From positions 682,001-746,000 of the forward strand of contig NOWV01000017.1 in NCBI GenBank assembly GCA_003344405.1: a stretch of 64,000 nucleotides of DNA, written 5' to 3'. Below, in pieces: positions 1-12,059 of this stretch (positions are counted from its first letter, which is position 1; each line of letters begins with the position of its first letter). Origin of the DNA: Trichoplax sp. H2. Taxonomy: Eukaryota. Under the pieces are notes generated by a model. It had not been told where the DNA came from. It worked only from the letters and a program-made list of their open reading frames with translations, and ran no database searches. The position numbers and the translations under genes were made by a program.

Positions 1-232
1 TATTTCGTATGCTTGTTTACCAATTCAAGGACTATTTAATCTTCTATTGTAGTCCTTGACTAAGGAGAATAACTCTAATTTTTCGATACTACTACAACAG
101 TATACTAATGATGGCAATCTATAGCATAATAATGTGGCTCATGTCATGAGGCCACCCATGTGGGTGTAGGCTTCGAATGGGGTGATATCGTGATATTTAT
201 GCTATGCTAACATTGATATTATTCGACCGAAG

Positions 233-510
233 TACAGTATTGTTATTTATTTATTATTATTATTACTAGCACCATCCCCATCGCTTTATTGACGGTCTTT
301 ACAGTACTTATTGATACATTTTACAGTACTATACAGTACATGTTACATACTGTACTGTACACTGTACTGTACAGTGTACTGTACAGTATAGTACAGTATA
401 ACATAGCAATTACTGTACATACTGTACTGTACAGTACAACACATACTGTACAGTACCGTAAGTACATCATTACCTTGTAGTAACTGTATACAGTACTGCA
501 CCAAGGCTGT
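233..510. repeat. Degenerate TACAG/CTGTA pentamer array upstream of PCYT2
   Basis: Dense TACAGTA/TACTGTA units in both orientations, e.g. tactgtactgtacactgtactgtacagtgtactgtacagta. Confidence 0.8.
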
Positions 511-896
511 ATTTGCTAACAATAACTTCGAACTTCTGTACAAGTATTTGACCAATCGTCTCGCTCTGTAATTTAGACGACAACTGTGCAAATAAATTGG
601 CATTGTAAATACTACCCAATTTATTCATGTACAGTACACTTGTACATAGTAAAGCATTTCATACAGTACTGTATTATTAGTGTAATGAGAGTAAAGTACT
701 GTACAGCATACAGTAGAGATCTGTAGTGTCGACGTGGCGGTGGATTGGGGTTACTGGGGGTTACAAGGTGTACAGTACGAAGCTGGTCAATATAAACTTC
801 TGATGCAGCTACGCGTTCGTCTTGCTTTAATACAAAAGGAAAGATTTGTGCTGTAAAGTGTATCATTAAAATACTTGGTATATACTCATCGATGAC

Positions 897-3800
897 ATGG
901 CAGTGGTTATAGATTACAACGACATTTCAACCATTCAGACTGAGGGAAAAGCCGTAAGAATTTGGTGTGACGGATGGTAATGTTAATCCATGCAAATACT
1001 TATATATACAGTATACTGTACGGTATATTAATGTAACGACAACTGACTCAACTGACTTTACAACGATGAGATAAGTTGTACTATTGTAGAGTAATAAGAG
1101 TTAAAGACAGATCATACTTTAGTGTCCATAGAAGCTGCTCTACTAAGGATAGTGAAGTAAAATCAAGGTGGATGCTTTCTTTTGATGCTATTGACTTGTA
1201 CAAAGTCTAGCTAAAATTCAGCTTTAATTAGTGTATTATATTATTAAAGGATGCGTGCCATCAATTGTATCGTCCACTACAATTTGACAATAACAATAAT
1301 ACAGTACAGTACTGTACTGTACTGTAGGTAGATGATGTGAACGGTAGGCCTGCCGTAGACATTAATGACCTTTTATACTTGAGCTGAACAGTACATTGTA
1401 TAGGAAACAGATCTGTGTATGCGCGTTTATACTGTACAGTACAGCAGTCTGTTGGTCGACTGTGCACTATACTGTAAATTATAATGTAATTGTGGTTGAT
1501 TGAGTGGAATAACATTCACTGCGAAAAATTCGAATTTAAGAGCAAAATAACCCCAATTCGCTTATTGCTTGTTAAGTGTATTTATTTTCACTTCATGAAC
1601 GGGTAAATACGATACATTGAACCACACTGAATGATTCTTATCCTACAAAGAGTAGAAAGTTAGTTGGAGTCTTGAATTTCTCAGTGTTATAATGATAGCA
1701 CAGTAATTCGTTATGCCACTAAGTTGAGTAACACTATAGTACTTATTTATCTTATTTTCACGCAGGGATTGTTAGTTAATTGACGAAAAGACTAGAGTAA
1801 CTAGATCTCGAACTATGGTACCGGCTCATATACGATAAGTTAATTTATTCATATGAATGACATTCATTACGCAGTCGTGTTTACGGTGGGATTGATCAGC
1901 ATCACACTTCATTTACACAGTGTAAAATGGATATTGGTTAATGTAGTTGGAAGCTAATTAATCCGAACAATTTCGACTAAATTAACCACTTCTTCCTGTC
2001 TTACGTCTAGTACTGTATATCTACGGCACAATATACGCCTTCGTTGAACAGAGGTGATAATTTGAGTCTCTGCTTGATGAGAGAAAATAATTTATATCGG
2101 CAATATTGAATTACTGTAAGAAATTTGGACAGTATTGTTGTAATCAATAGCACATATAGTGTCTGCAGCCTGCTGTGCGAGTCGTGTACTACATCATCAA
2201 TATTTGTTGTATCGAAGGAGTAGAGTAGAAAGTAATCTATCAATATCAACCGCATAAACGATAGTTTTTATGAGGGATGATATAATGCCTCAGTGGGCTC
2301 TTCCTTTTTGTCGATTCTACTGTATGTGTAAGTAATCAGATGGCGACTTAAACGAAAATAGTGATAAAGTTTTTCTGTCTGTCTAGTCAAGCTATTGTTG
2401 AATACGTTTTACGGTACATACTTATACAATAGAACCTTAACTATGATAACTAGCATTTTTAAATGATTGAGCCAGCTTTATAAGCTGAAACATTCTGTGG
2501 TTTAAGTTATAAATGTAAACGTCTTGCACTTTAAGTACATTATTGATTATCATTATTTACATAGAGTGGTTATACAAGGTGGTATACGATCTAAGTTATC
2601 TTTGTAATCATCATTATTATTTTCTCATAGTTTCGATATGATGCATTACGGCCACGCCAATGTCTTACGTCAGGTATGATAGTGATATCTTTACTGCTAA
2701 GGTTCATCTATCATTGGAATTGTGTATCTTTCTATGAATAAAAATTTTAAAATGATGTAATGCCGCAATTACGGTCCATACTAGTTTATTATGGTATAAA
2801 CTGTAGGGAGTAAATAATTGTGGTTATAAGTATTGTTTAATTAGTTTGCTTAGACTTTATAAAATTGTTTTTAACTGGTAGGCGAAATCATTTGGGAGCT
2901 TTTTAATTGCTGGTGTTCATTCTAGCGGTAAGCTAATCCCTAATCTTAGATTATAATTATAAGATCATATAGCTTGTTTTCAATGGATTATTAAGAAGAT
3001 ATGAAAATTTTTGGAGTATAAATTTTAAACTGTGGGAATTAGCAATACATACATGCGAGTAATTTTTATGAAGGATTGTACTTTAAAGGAATTTTATACG
3101 CTGTAGCTATCTACTAATTTCCTTTTATAATTATCAGTAAATGTGTTATGCATGAATGCTTAGATAATGTTATCGATTGCAATCCTAATCCATTTAATTT
3201 GAACAATACCCTTGAATTAGAAAAATCGAATGTCTAGTCATAGTGATTACATCTGCGAGTACCTATGTACAGTGCTCCATTTTGTTGGTATCTTACAGTA
3301 TTTGATGATAAGGGTATGTACGGAACGTACAGTATCATTCGTGGCTTTAGTTTATCGTTTTTTTAATTTGTACTGTCATTCCAATAATTCGATAGGTTAC
3401 CTCTTTCCTACTACGTTACTCGTTACCAAGTTTATATAACTTATTATTCACTGAATGATTTCAACTATATCTTTGTTTACGAATTTAATGTATTACTCTG
3501 TAGAAGAAATTGCGAAGAACAAGGGTCCACCGGTACTGACCTTAGATGAAAGGTCTAATTAAATGAAGATGTTTTTTATATAATAATTATATATAATATC
3601 TAGCATATGCATTTATGCATTAATGTTCGCCTATTCTTATGTTAATTAGAGCAAAGCTTTTAGGATCTGTTAGATGGGTAGATCAGGTTAGGAAGGCTAG
3701 TTTCAGTCGCTATATGGAGTATAGATTAACGTATTCTATGTGCAAATTTATTTTTGACCATTTATTGACCTTGATTATTGAAGGTGGTAATAAATGCTCC

Positions 3801-6553
3801 CTATTCAACCTCAGTAAAAACTCTGGACAAATTTGGTTGTGACTTCTGTGTTCACTCAGGTAATAAAGATTTGACATAGATTATAAGGCGCATTTTTATC
3901 ATTACCTAATAAAGAGAGCATATTCTGAGCTAACTGATCAACGTGCACTCTGTGTAGAGGACATTGCTTTAACTGCCGAAGGAGTTGATGCTTATGCAGA
4001 AATTAAGGCGGCTGGTAGATATAGGTAATACATATGAATAAAAATAAAAGAGACTTTAATGTATAGTAGATAAAAACTTTTTTTAACCAATAGTTGGATA
4101 ATCCATACGGGTATAGAACAATATTGTATGTTGCGATCTTTTATTGCCAATTATAGCATCACGTAAATGCATTTAAAAGATACTTAAATATATGATAATG
4201 ACGAAATATATATATGCTTGTTAAATGGGTATTTTTCTCGCTCTGGCTGTTCATTAGGTTTAGCAAACGCACACCTGGAGTTTCCACAACTGATTTAATA
4301 GGAAGGTTAGTGATATAATCAATGTGATCAATAAAATTGTTTCTATTATACGGTAGCGCGTTTATGGGACATTAAAAAGAGAAAATAATAAAAATTCTTT
4401 TAAATATTCTAGAATAGCATCCAGATTTGTAGAAGATTACAATAAGAATAGCCAAATTAAAGAAGTGAGTAATGATTAATATTAATGTGGATCTTAATAC
4501 GATGCGTAAGATTAACAACGGTTTACGTACGTTAAATAATTTTATAGTCTCCTTGGACGACCATGGGAGGTTCTTGCCCAACATCACAAATCATTGCACT
4601 CTTTTCTTCCCTACGAGAAGCAAATGTAATCGATTGTGATAACTTGACAAAGTACCATTAGCAAATTTATTGTATGTTCATACTAATACTTGCGCATTAA
4701 ATTTTTTTATAGTCTACCGACAAGATAATTTACGTTCCTGGAGCCTTCGACTGCTTTCGTATCCTTCCTACTGTAGATACTAATCATAGTGAAAAAAATT
4801 AAATATTTTCAAAGTACTTTAACAGTTATTAGATACTATGCGATCAGTGGTATTTAATCGACTAAAATGCTATACTTTAAAAGGATACGTAGGAAATATC
4901 TTCCATAATTTATTCAATTTTAGATATTGGGCACGTAAATTTTCTGGAATCAATTCGCAAGCATGGCAGTTATATCATCGTTGGTCTATATTCGGATGAG
5001 GTAAAGTGAAATATGAAGGTATTGACTGGTATTTGATATTTTATAATCCGTTATTGATTTTATCTAGACTATACGAAGATATAAAGGTCATAATTTTCCA
5101 ATAATGACATTACACGAGCGGCTATTGAGTGTATTAGCTTGTAAAGTAGGGTATTTGTATCAATTCAGCTGAACTTACTTTATGAGTCTTGCAATTTTTA
5201 AAGCTGTATTTATCTACATTTATGTTATGTATAGTATGTTGATAACATCGTTATTGATGCGCCCTATAACATCACAAGTAATTTTCTTGAGAGATTTAAG
5301 GTATTTTAAATGGAAGGAGTGATTATTACGTCTAATAAATCTAGAAATGATAGTAATATGTCCTTTATTGATCATTTAATTATCTATACAGTACAGCACA
5401 TACTATATCAATTGATATTGTCTGGCTTAACTTTCAACCGCTTTTCTAATATTGTAGATTGATCTTGTTTGCTGTGGTCAAGCAGCAAATTCTATTAAAG
5501 TAAGTATATGTTTATGTTGTTATGACGTCATTTTTAGTCTGAAAGTAGAATAAGTTTTCTTATAGTTTTATCACTCTTATTCAGTGTTATAAACGTTAAT
5601 ACGATAAGCCATAACGGGATGACTGACAGTTCTTTCTTAAGAGTATCTGTTAAAATTGATATGGTAAGTATTAGTAATTTTATCTATGTTATCCCGCAGA
5701 TTAACGGAACTGAAGATCCTTATAAGGTATTTAACGATACAGTATTATATAGCTTGTATTGATTGAAAGTAGATATAGAGGCTTTTATTTTTAACAATTA
5801 TTCCCAATTGTTAGCTGATGAATTATAATTTTAATATTTCAAATCTGGAAGGAACCTAAACGTCAAGGAAAACTTAAGATAGTTGATAGTGGCTGTTCCT
5901 TTACAGTTGAAAATTTGATTAATCGTATTCTGAAAGATAGGTACGGTTTTTCATGTTATAAACTCAAAAAAGTTATGCTCGGTACATTTCTAGGCTAGGT
6001 CCCTACTCATTATTTTTCATCATAATTTGTTAGTATTGGGTATCTTTTAAATATACTTTACGTAGAAAGAGGGCATGAATAGTCAAATAGCCATATAATT
6101 AGCATCGATAATTTTAGTATTTAGTAAGAACCATGATATACTGCTAATGATAACAAAGATTTGGCTAAGATATCTTGGATTAGAATATGCAAGTGTAAAA
6201 TTAGAGTTATTACTAAACTATATATATCTATGTGATATAATTACGGCATTTTATTGAACAATAACTGAACGTACTATGGTATTGCTAGACTTTACGGTGT
6301 CAGCCGCATTATGAGTACTTATGTCAATGATTGTAAAACTGATTATTTATGACGATCATTTTTTTGCATTTATAGGTGTAATATTATTTAAAGCATCATA
6401 GTAGCATTTGCACTAATTTTTAACTTATATTATCAACTTATACGACGTGCTTACAGGAAGCTCTACGCGAAACGAAATCAGGACAAAGCAAAGAAAGAGA
6501 TAACTCAATATAATTTATGGCAAAAAATACAAACTGAAGCTGAAGCTAAATAA
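897..6553 (+). CDS. PCYT2: Ethanolamine-phosphate cytidylyltransferase, multi-exon (~17 exons)
   Basis: Spliced translation: exon 1 (897-976) [26 protein letters not shown] joins exon 2 (from 2631) [15 protein letters not shown]. Later exons give [47 protein letters not shown] and [25 protein letters not shown]. Two HxGH cytidylyltransferase domains are present; stop TAA at 6551-6553. Confidence 0.93.
4759..4923 (+). other. Putative U12-type (minor spliceosome) GT-AG intron in PCYT2
   Basis: 5' site GTATCCTTC; branch-like TTCCATAAT at 4901-4909, close to the AG. The intron splits the first His codon of HIGH. Confidence 0.65.
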
Positions 6554-8096
6554 GTATTTTGGCAATTTAGATACTCTGCTTATTTAAAACATCCCTGCAT
6601 GAGAGCCCTCTGCAAATAATTTAATAAAATATTGGCGTTGCGTGTTTTATCTTAAACGCCATGTTTTTATGCGTACAGTCAAATTTGTTCTATTAAAAGG
6701 AGATGGATAATTCTCCATTTTTAGTATTATTAATGCGAGATATGGTGGACTAGAGGATTTATTATTAATTAGTGTACAAATTATCCTTAAGTGGATATTT
6801 TTACCAGCCTATATTTTTGATTACCAAAGATTATTAAATATTCTTACTATAAGTTAACATTTGATAATTTATTTTGTTTTAACATCATACCTCAAAGTTT
6901 AGTATTTTATATTTTGCTTACAGTAATTATAAGTTTTAATTATTCGATTAATACCTGATATCTTTGATGTTTCTTCATGATTCGCTAGAGTGATTTTATT
7001 AAAGGTAATTTTTTTAATTAATGTTTGTTGAATCATGTATGTTTCTATATTTTTTAGATGTAATGAATAAGCAAAATATGCTAGTATATGTTAGCTTTAC
7101 TACATTAACGCTGAACTAAAACAAGCTCACCTAATCACCTTTATTGAAAATACGTAATATCAGTATTAAAGACAGCACTTTACCGTAGATATATAGTAAA
7201 TTGCTAATAAATGAAGTACCTTGGTCATAAATACGGGTATAATTAGTAACCAACAGTCATACTGTGCTTTTCGTCTACGCTACTTTGGTCGTAATTATCT
7301 AGCATCAAGCCAAAAAAACTTAAGTTAGATTGTCCTTCGGCTGAGCTAGGTAACTAAAGTATGAATTATGTCAATCTTCATTAAAAGATCAATTTATTCC
7401 TAGAAGGATTTATCGAGTATCCCTCTATTAAATAACGTTAATAGCTTGATTTTATGTTTCAGTTGTGATCTGAGATTATCGAGAAATTTAGTAGCAATAC
7501 CTGGATTAAACACAACCTTTACAGGCGTAGTTTTTTTTAGCGTAGTCTATTTTGTTATGGTGGTTATGTGTTCTGTAGACTAATGATATCTTTAATTAAG
7601 GTTAATTTAGTTCCTGGCTACACTGGATTTATGATTATATTATACTATTAACGCTTAACATCTACTATATTAAATCTACTGATGCGCAAAACATTGTTGC
7701 TCATCGTGCAGATTCAAAGTCAAATCCTTAATGAATCAGCTCCGTAGGAATGTTTAAGCTTGTAGGGAAGTCTCAGTAGAGTAAACTAATCGTGGACTAC
7801 ATAGCATGATGAGTGCTAATTTAACATCTGGAAATAGGAATGTATTAGAAAACTACCCAAACTAAGTACAATATCTCGTCGGGCACGTTTTAAAGTTATT
7901 ACAGCTGTACACTCCCATTGAACCTGTATTTAGCGCTAGCCATGCAATCATTTCATTAAGTATAGCTACATTTTTGAAGTGGTGATAGCAGTAGGCGTTT
8001 AGATGGATCCCAAACGTGTTATAGGATATATTTCAATCATTCTATACTACCTACAGTACAGTGATGGAATTATTTCCGTTTTCTTACCCGATGTCT

Positions 8097-8110
8097 TTAT
8101 CCATGGCGAC
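8097..8110. promoter_or_regulatory. X-box-like motif TTATCCATGGCGAC upstream of IQCB1
   Basis: One strong half-site (CCATGGCGAC), ~420 bp upstream of the start of a ciliary gene, in a locally GC-rich patch. Confidence 0.4.
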
Positions 8111-8528
8111 TAAAGCGCCGGCCGGCCTGGCTAATCCTCCACTTGTTTTAGTTACCATACTGTAATAAGGGTACTGCCTCTTTAGGGTCATATTGTAATA
8201 AGACGTGACTAACTAACTCATTAAAGAGTGTACCAAGTGGAGTAGAATAGAGTACAGTACTGAATTTTACAGTTTCTATAGTGACCATAGTCTAGTACTG
8301 TACTATTACGTGTACACCACTGAGAGAACTATAGTATTAAGTTGCAGGACGATTAAGTGGACTTTAGAGCTACGGATCGAAATGGCGAGTGGAAGTTTCA
8401 AGGCAAACAGCGCGAGAATTGGATCAATTTAATTTGAGGAGAAGTAAAAGTTATCGTAAAAAACGTAGTCAAGAATTAAAAGGTAACTGATTAGATTGCA
8501 ACTATCATCAAGCATGAAAGCATGAAAA

Positions 8529-10313
8529 ATGGCTGAAAAATCGAGCAAAACGATTGATAATTCCAACATTTTACGCATTGCCGCCAATATTGTCGATGCA
8601 GGCGATCAAGAGGTCGTCCAGCTACTGTTGGAGTTGCAGCAAAAGCTGAATGATGCACCTAGCAACGCTGCGCAAAAATTACGCCATGATGCATTTGAGC
8701 TTGGTCTACTGGATGTTTGCTTTTCAACGCTATTAAATAGTGATTATAAGGAGGTAGATGGGAAATGGAATTCAGTGGCGAAGATTGTGGAATTAGTTTG
8801 CGATATCTGCTCTGTTTTACAACCTGATCAAGATCAGGATCAAGCCAATCAATTCGAACAAGCTGTATTATATGCTGCTGAAGTGTTATTAAAAGTAGCC
8901 AATATAGTACATAAAGATGTTCACCAATCCAAAACACAATCCATGGAGATTCGTATAGAGGTCACTAGGGCATTTCGAATAGTATTAGATGGAATGATCT
9001 GGTTAGTTAGTGCTCACTCGTGGCTAGCATTGTTTGTATTACAAGCTAAGAGTTATATCGCTTTACTCATGTCCGGCGAAAATGATACCGCAAGCACCAT
9101 TATTTCAATTATAACCAATTTTATATCGATTCGTCCAGGAATATGTAAAGAATTACAAGAGGATGATATTAACAATATTATGGACGAATTAATTTATAAA
9201 CTTACAACAACAAATGAGATCGTCATTGCTAGTACAATTACTCGTTTATTATTGACAATTATTGAAGATAATTCCAATATATCCTTAACATTATATGAGC
9301 GTTACAAGGGTCTCAAGCAATTAGTAAATCGATGGATAGGTAGAGGTTTCGACAATGCATTAAAGCAATTCATTTATATCTTAGATAGTGGTAGTGCTAA
9401 AAGTGCTCATGAATATCGTATCAATCATGCTGCTACTATCATACAATCAGCCTTTAAGGGCTATAAAGAACGAAAAAAGTTGAAATCTGCACAACAAGCC
9501 ATGACAAAATTGCAACAGAAAATTCGTAAGCGTGTGCAAGATAAGATTGCTAAACGTATTCAAGACAAAGAAGTGGAAGTAGCTAAGCGAGAAAGGGATA
9601 TAAGAAAAAGGAAAGATATGTTGAAATCGAAAGAGAGGCAATTGCAGGCTTTAAATGCTATACCAGCTGCTAAGATGGCCGAATATTTTACCAAATCTGA
9701 AATTTTAGCAGCTACGAAAATTCAATCAGTTTGGCGTGGATTGGTTGCAAGACGAAAATTTAAAATCGAATCAGAAAATTTGCGCCAGTGGCGAGCCGCT
9801 CGTACTATTCAACGTTGCGCTAGGAAATTTCTTGATAGATTACGCTCAAGAAAACTTCAAGCCGCTGCCAAAGAATCTTTAATGCCACCCGGTTTAGATG
9901 ATCAACGTCGAACTGAATTGATGACTGTTGTTGAAAAGTTTAAAAAGCAGCATTCAGAAGTCGAAAGAAGTCAAGAAGAAATCGAAGAGATGCTATATGA
10001 TATCGAAGATATATTGACACATTATTGGTCGTTTTTGCCCAATTGGCGGCGTAAACAATATGAAATGGATGCTTTAGTTGCTAGAATTGAAACAGAAACT
10101 GAATTATTAAATGAGGCCCCAAGCCTTTCTGAAGTTCAACCTGAAGATTTAGAAAAATTTACATGTTATTCTCAACCGATTGTTCGAAAAGCACAAGAGG
10201 AAGTCCAAGCAGATTTAAAGGCATTAGAAGAGCCATGGTGGAAGCACTTAGGTGGTGATTCAGATTCAGATGACGATGACTTATTTCCTGAATTTCCAAA
10301 ATTACGAAATTAA
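8529..10313 (+). CDS. IQCB1: IQ calmodulin-binding motif-containing protein 1 (nephrocystin-5), single coding exon
   Basis: 594-aa ORF with a helical N-terminal region and IQ motifs (AATIIQSAFKGYKER, AATKIQSVWRGLVAR, AARTIQRCARKF). It also has a coiled coil and a C-terminal PWWKHLG followed by an acidic tail, all characteristic of NPHP5. Confidence 0.88.
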   Translation: MAEKSSKTIDNSNILRIAANIVDAGDQEVVQLLLELQQKLNDAPSNAAQKLRHDAFELGLLDVCFSTLLNSDYKEVDGKWNSVAKIVELVCDICSVLQPDQDQDQANQFEQAVLYAAEVLLKVANIVHKDVHQSKTQSMEIRIEVTRAFRIVLDGMIWLVSAHSWLALFVLQAKSYIALLMSGENDTASTIISIITNFISIRPGICKELQEDDINNIMDELIYKLTTTNEIVIASTITRLLLTIIEDNSNISLTLYERYKGLKQLVNRWIGRGFDNALKQFIYILDSGSAKSAHEYRINHAATIIQSAFKGYKERKKLKSAQQAMTKLQQKIRKRVQDKIAKRIQDKEVEVAKRERDIRKRKDMLKSKERQLQALNAIPAAKMAEYFTKSEILAATKIQSVWRGLVARRKFKIESENLRQWRAARTIQRCARKFLDRLRSRKLQAAAKESLMPPGLDDQRRTELMTVVEKFKKQHSEVERSQEEIEEMLYDIEDILTHYWSFLPNWRRKQYEMDALVARIETETELLNEAPSLSEVQPEDLEKFTCYSQPIVRKAQEEVQADLKALEEPWWKHLGGDSDSDDDDLFPEFPKLRN

Positions 10314-12059
10314 AGTTGATGCTATCTAATCTAACTTTGTTAGTGCGAATATATTTTTATATTTACACGCTATTAGAAGTTTTGTAAATTTTATAAGAAA
10401 GATGATAACTACCTTAGAATAATTTATTTTCGCTATATTTATAGTAGGTTTAGCAATAATCGATGTTTTAGCTTGGAATGGTAATTATAATTATATAATT
10501 TTGACCAGCTATCTCTGTAACATGGAGAATTTTGGAATCTTACGTTTTATAGGATTATAAGAATGAATCATATTAAAAAAATTTTATAGTTATTAGCAAG
10601 TGTATAGTGTCTACTTTTTATTTATACTTGACTTTGTACATGAAACAAATAAATTATTCCATTTATAACTCAGTATAATAACTTTAACTCTTGTTCATCG
10701 AATAGCATTTTATATTTATGTGCAAAGCATTCAAACCAAATTGATATTTTTTTGGTCCAACTATAGTTGAACTAGACATTCCAATACAAGTGGTCGAACG
10801 TACAGTACAATTAGACAATCGTCTACTGGTTGCCTTCTTAATTCACCTTTATCTAATGTAGTTATTACTTAATGTAATAGATTTGGATTTGAATTTATTT
10901 TACGATATGAAATTATATCGTGTAAGTACATGAATTATTAACATAAATACTTGAAACAGTCTTCAAGTGTGAGCATTATCAACATTGTAAGTCATTAGAC
11001 TGTTAGATAATTTACGAAAGGTAACGAATATATTAGGTGCGTCGATTGACATATTGTGATTTTACTGAACAATTACTAATTATACTACGTTACCTAGATA
11101 GTATAATCTACTAGTCGAAATCGTCGTTGCCTATTTCTTTCCCAGTTAAGACGAATAAACGAAAGTTGTAAGGGCTTAGACGTCGATGTAATTGTAAGCT
11201 TTCTAAATGCTGTTATTATGTAGATGCGTCCTGTACCATATATGAATTGACTAAAATTTTACCACTTTACATTGGATCTATATGTGTACTAATTACAAGT
11301 TTGGTTATGAAATGTTCAAGATTATTTTAGATATTCTTATTGAATAATGATTATAATAGAATTTTTCCAAAGGCTCAATAAAAAGTTAAATAATTATAAA
11401 TCATACATCTTTATTTGTTAACATTGTCGTTATCGCAATAAATGCTTTTAAATCTTGATAACATCTCTTCGTGCTATTATAAAGCTAGGAACTCTTCAGT
11501 TAAGGTTACCGGAGAGGTTATTATCTACTCAATAGAAAATTTCATAGGAAACAGAGTTTGTCAAAAGACTTGTTACGATAATCATAATATCAATTGTATC
11601 TTCCATATAATACAGTACACCTGAGTTTAGTTAATATAGAATACTGACTGCACACTATATTAATGATATAAACCACATGACATGAACATCACGAAATTGA
11701 TCTTGAAGCTAGATTTGTTTCAATAATAATTTAAATATTCAACAATCATTTACGTAATAGCTATTAGAATATCGTATATGCACAAAGTTTAAAAAAGATA
11801 TGATTGCATCAAACGAGAAGAAATGCAATCGAGTTAAGAATACACAATGAATTGATTAGATCAATTTTTGCATACCTTATTTTGATGTAGAATAACATGC
11901 TATTAGAATTTATTTAATACATTAGTAATGAATAAAAAATTTTTAAATAATAATTCAGTTAGTTATGTCGAATTAGTAGATTGAGTAACGCTGCCCTTAA
12001 AAATTTTAACGCCATATGTCTACCTATGGTTATCGAACAGTGAAATCAAAACACGCAGC

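Noticed and set aside
289..866. Short ORFs rich in Y/S/T/V/Q/C on both strands
   Set aside because: They are translations of the TACAG/CTGTA array and show no protein-like features.
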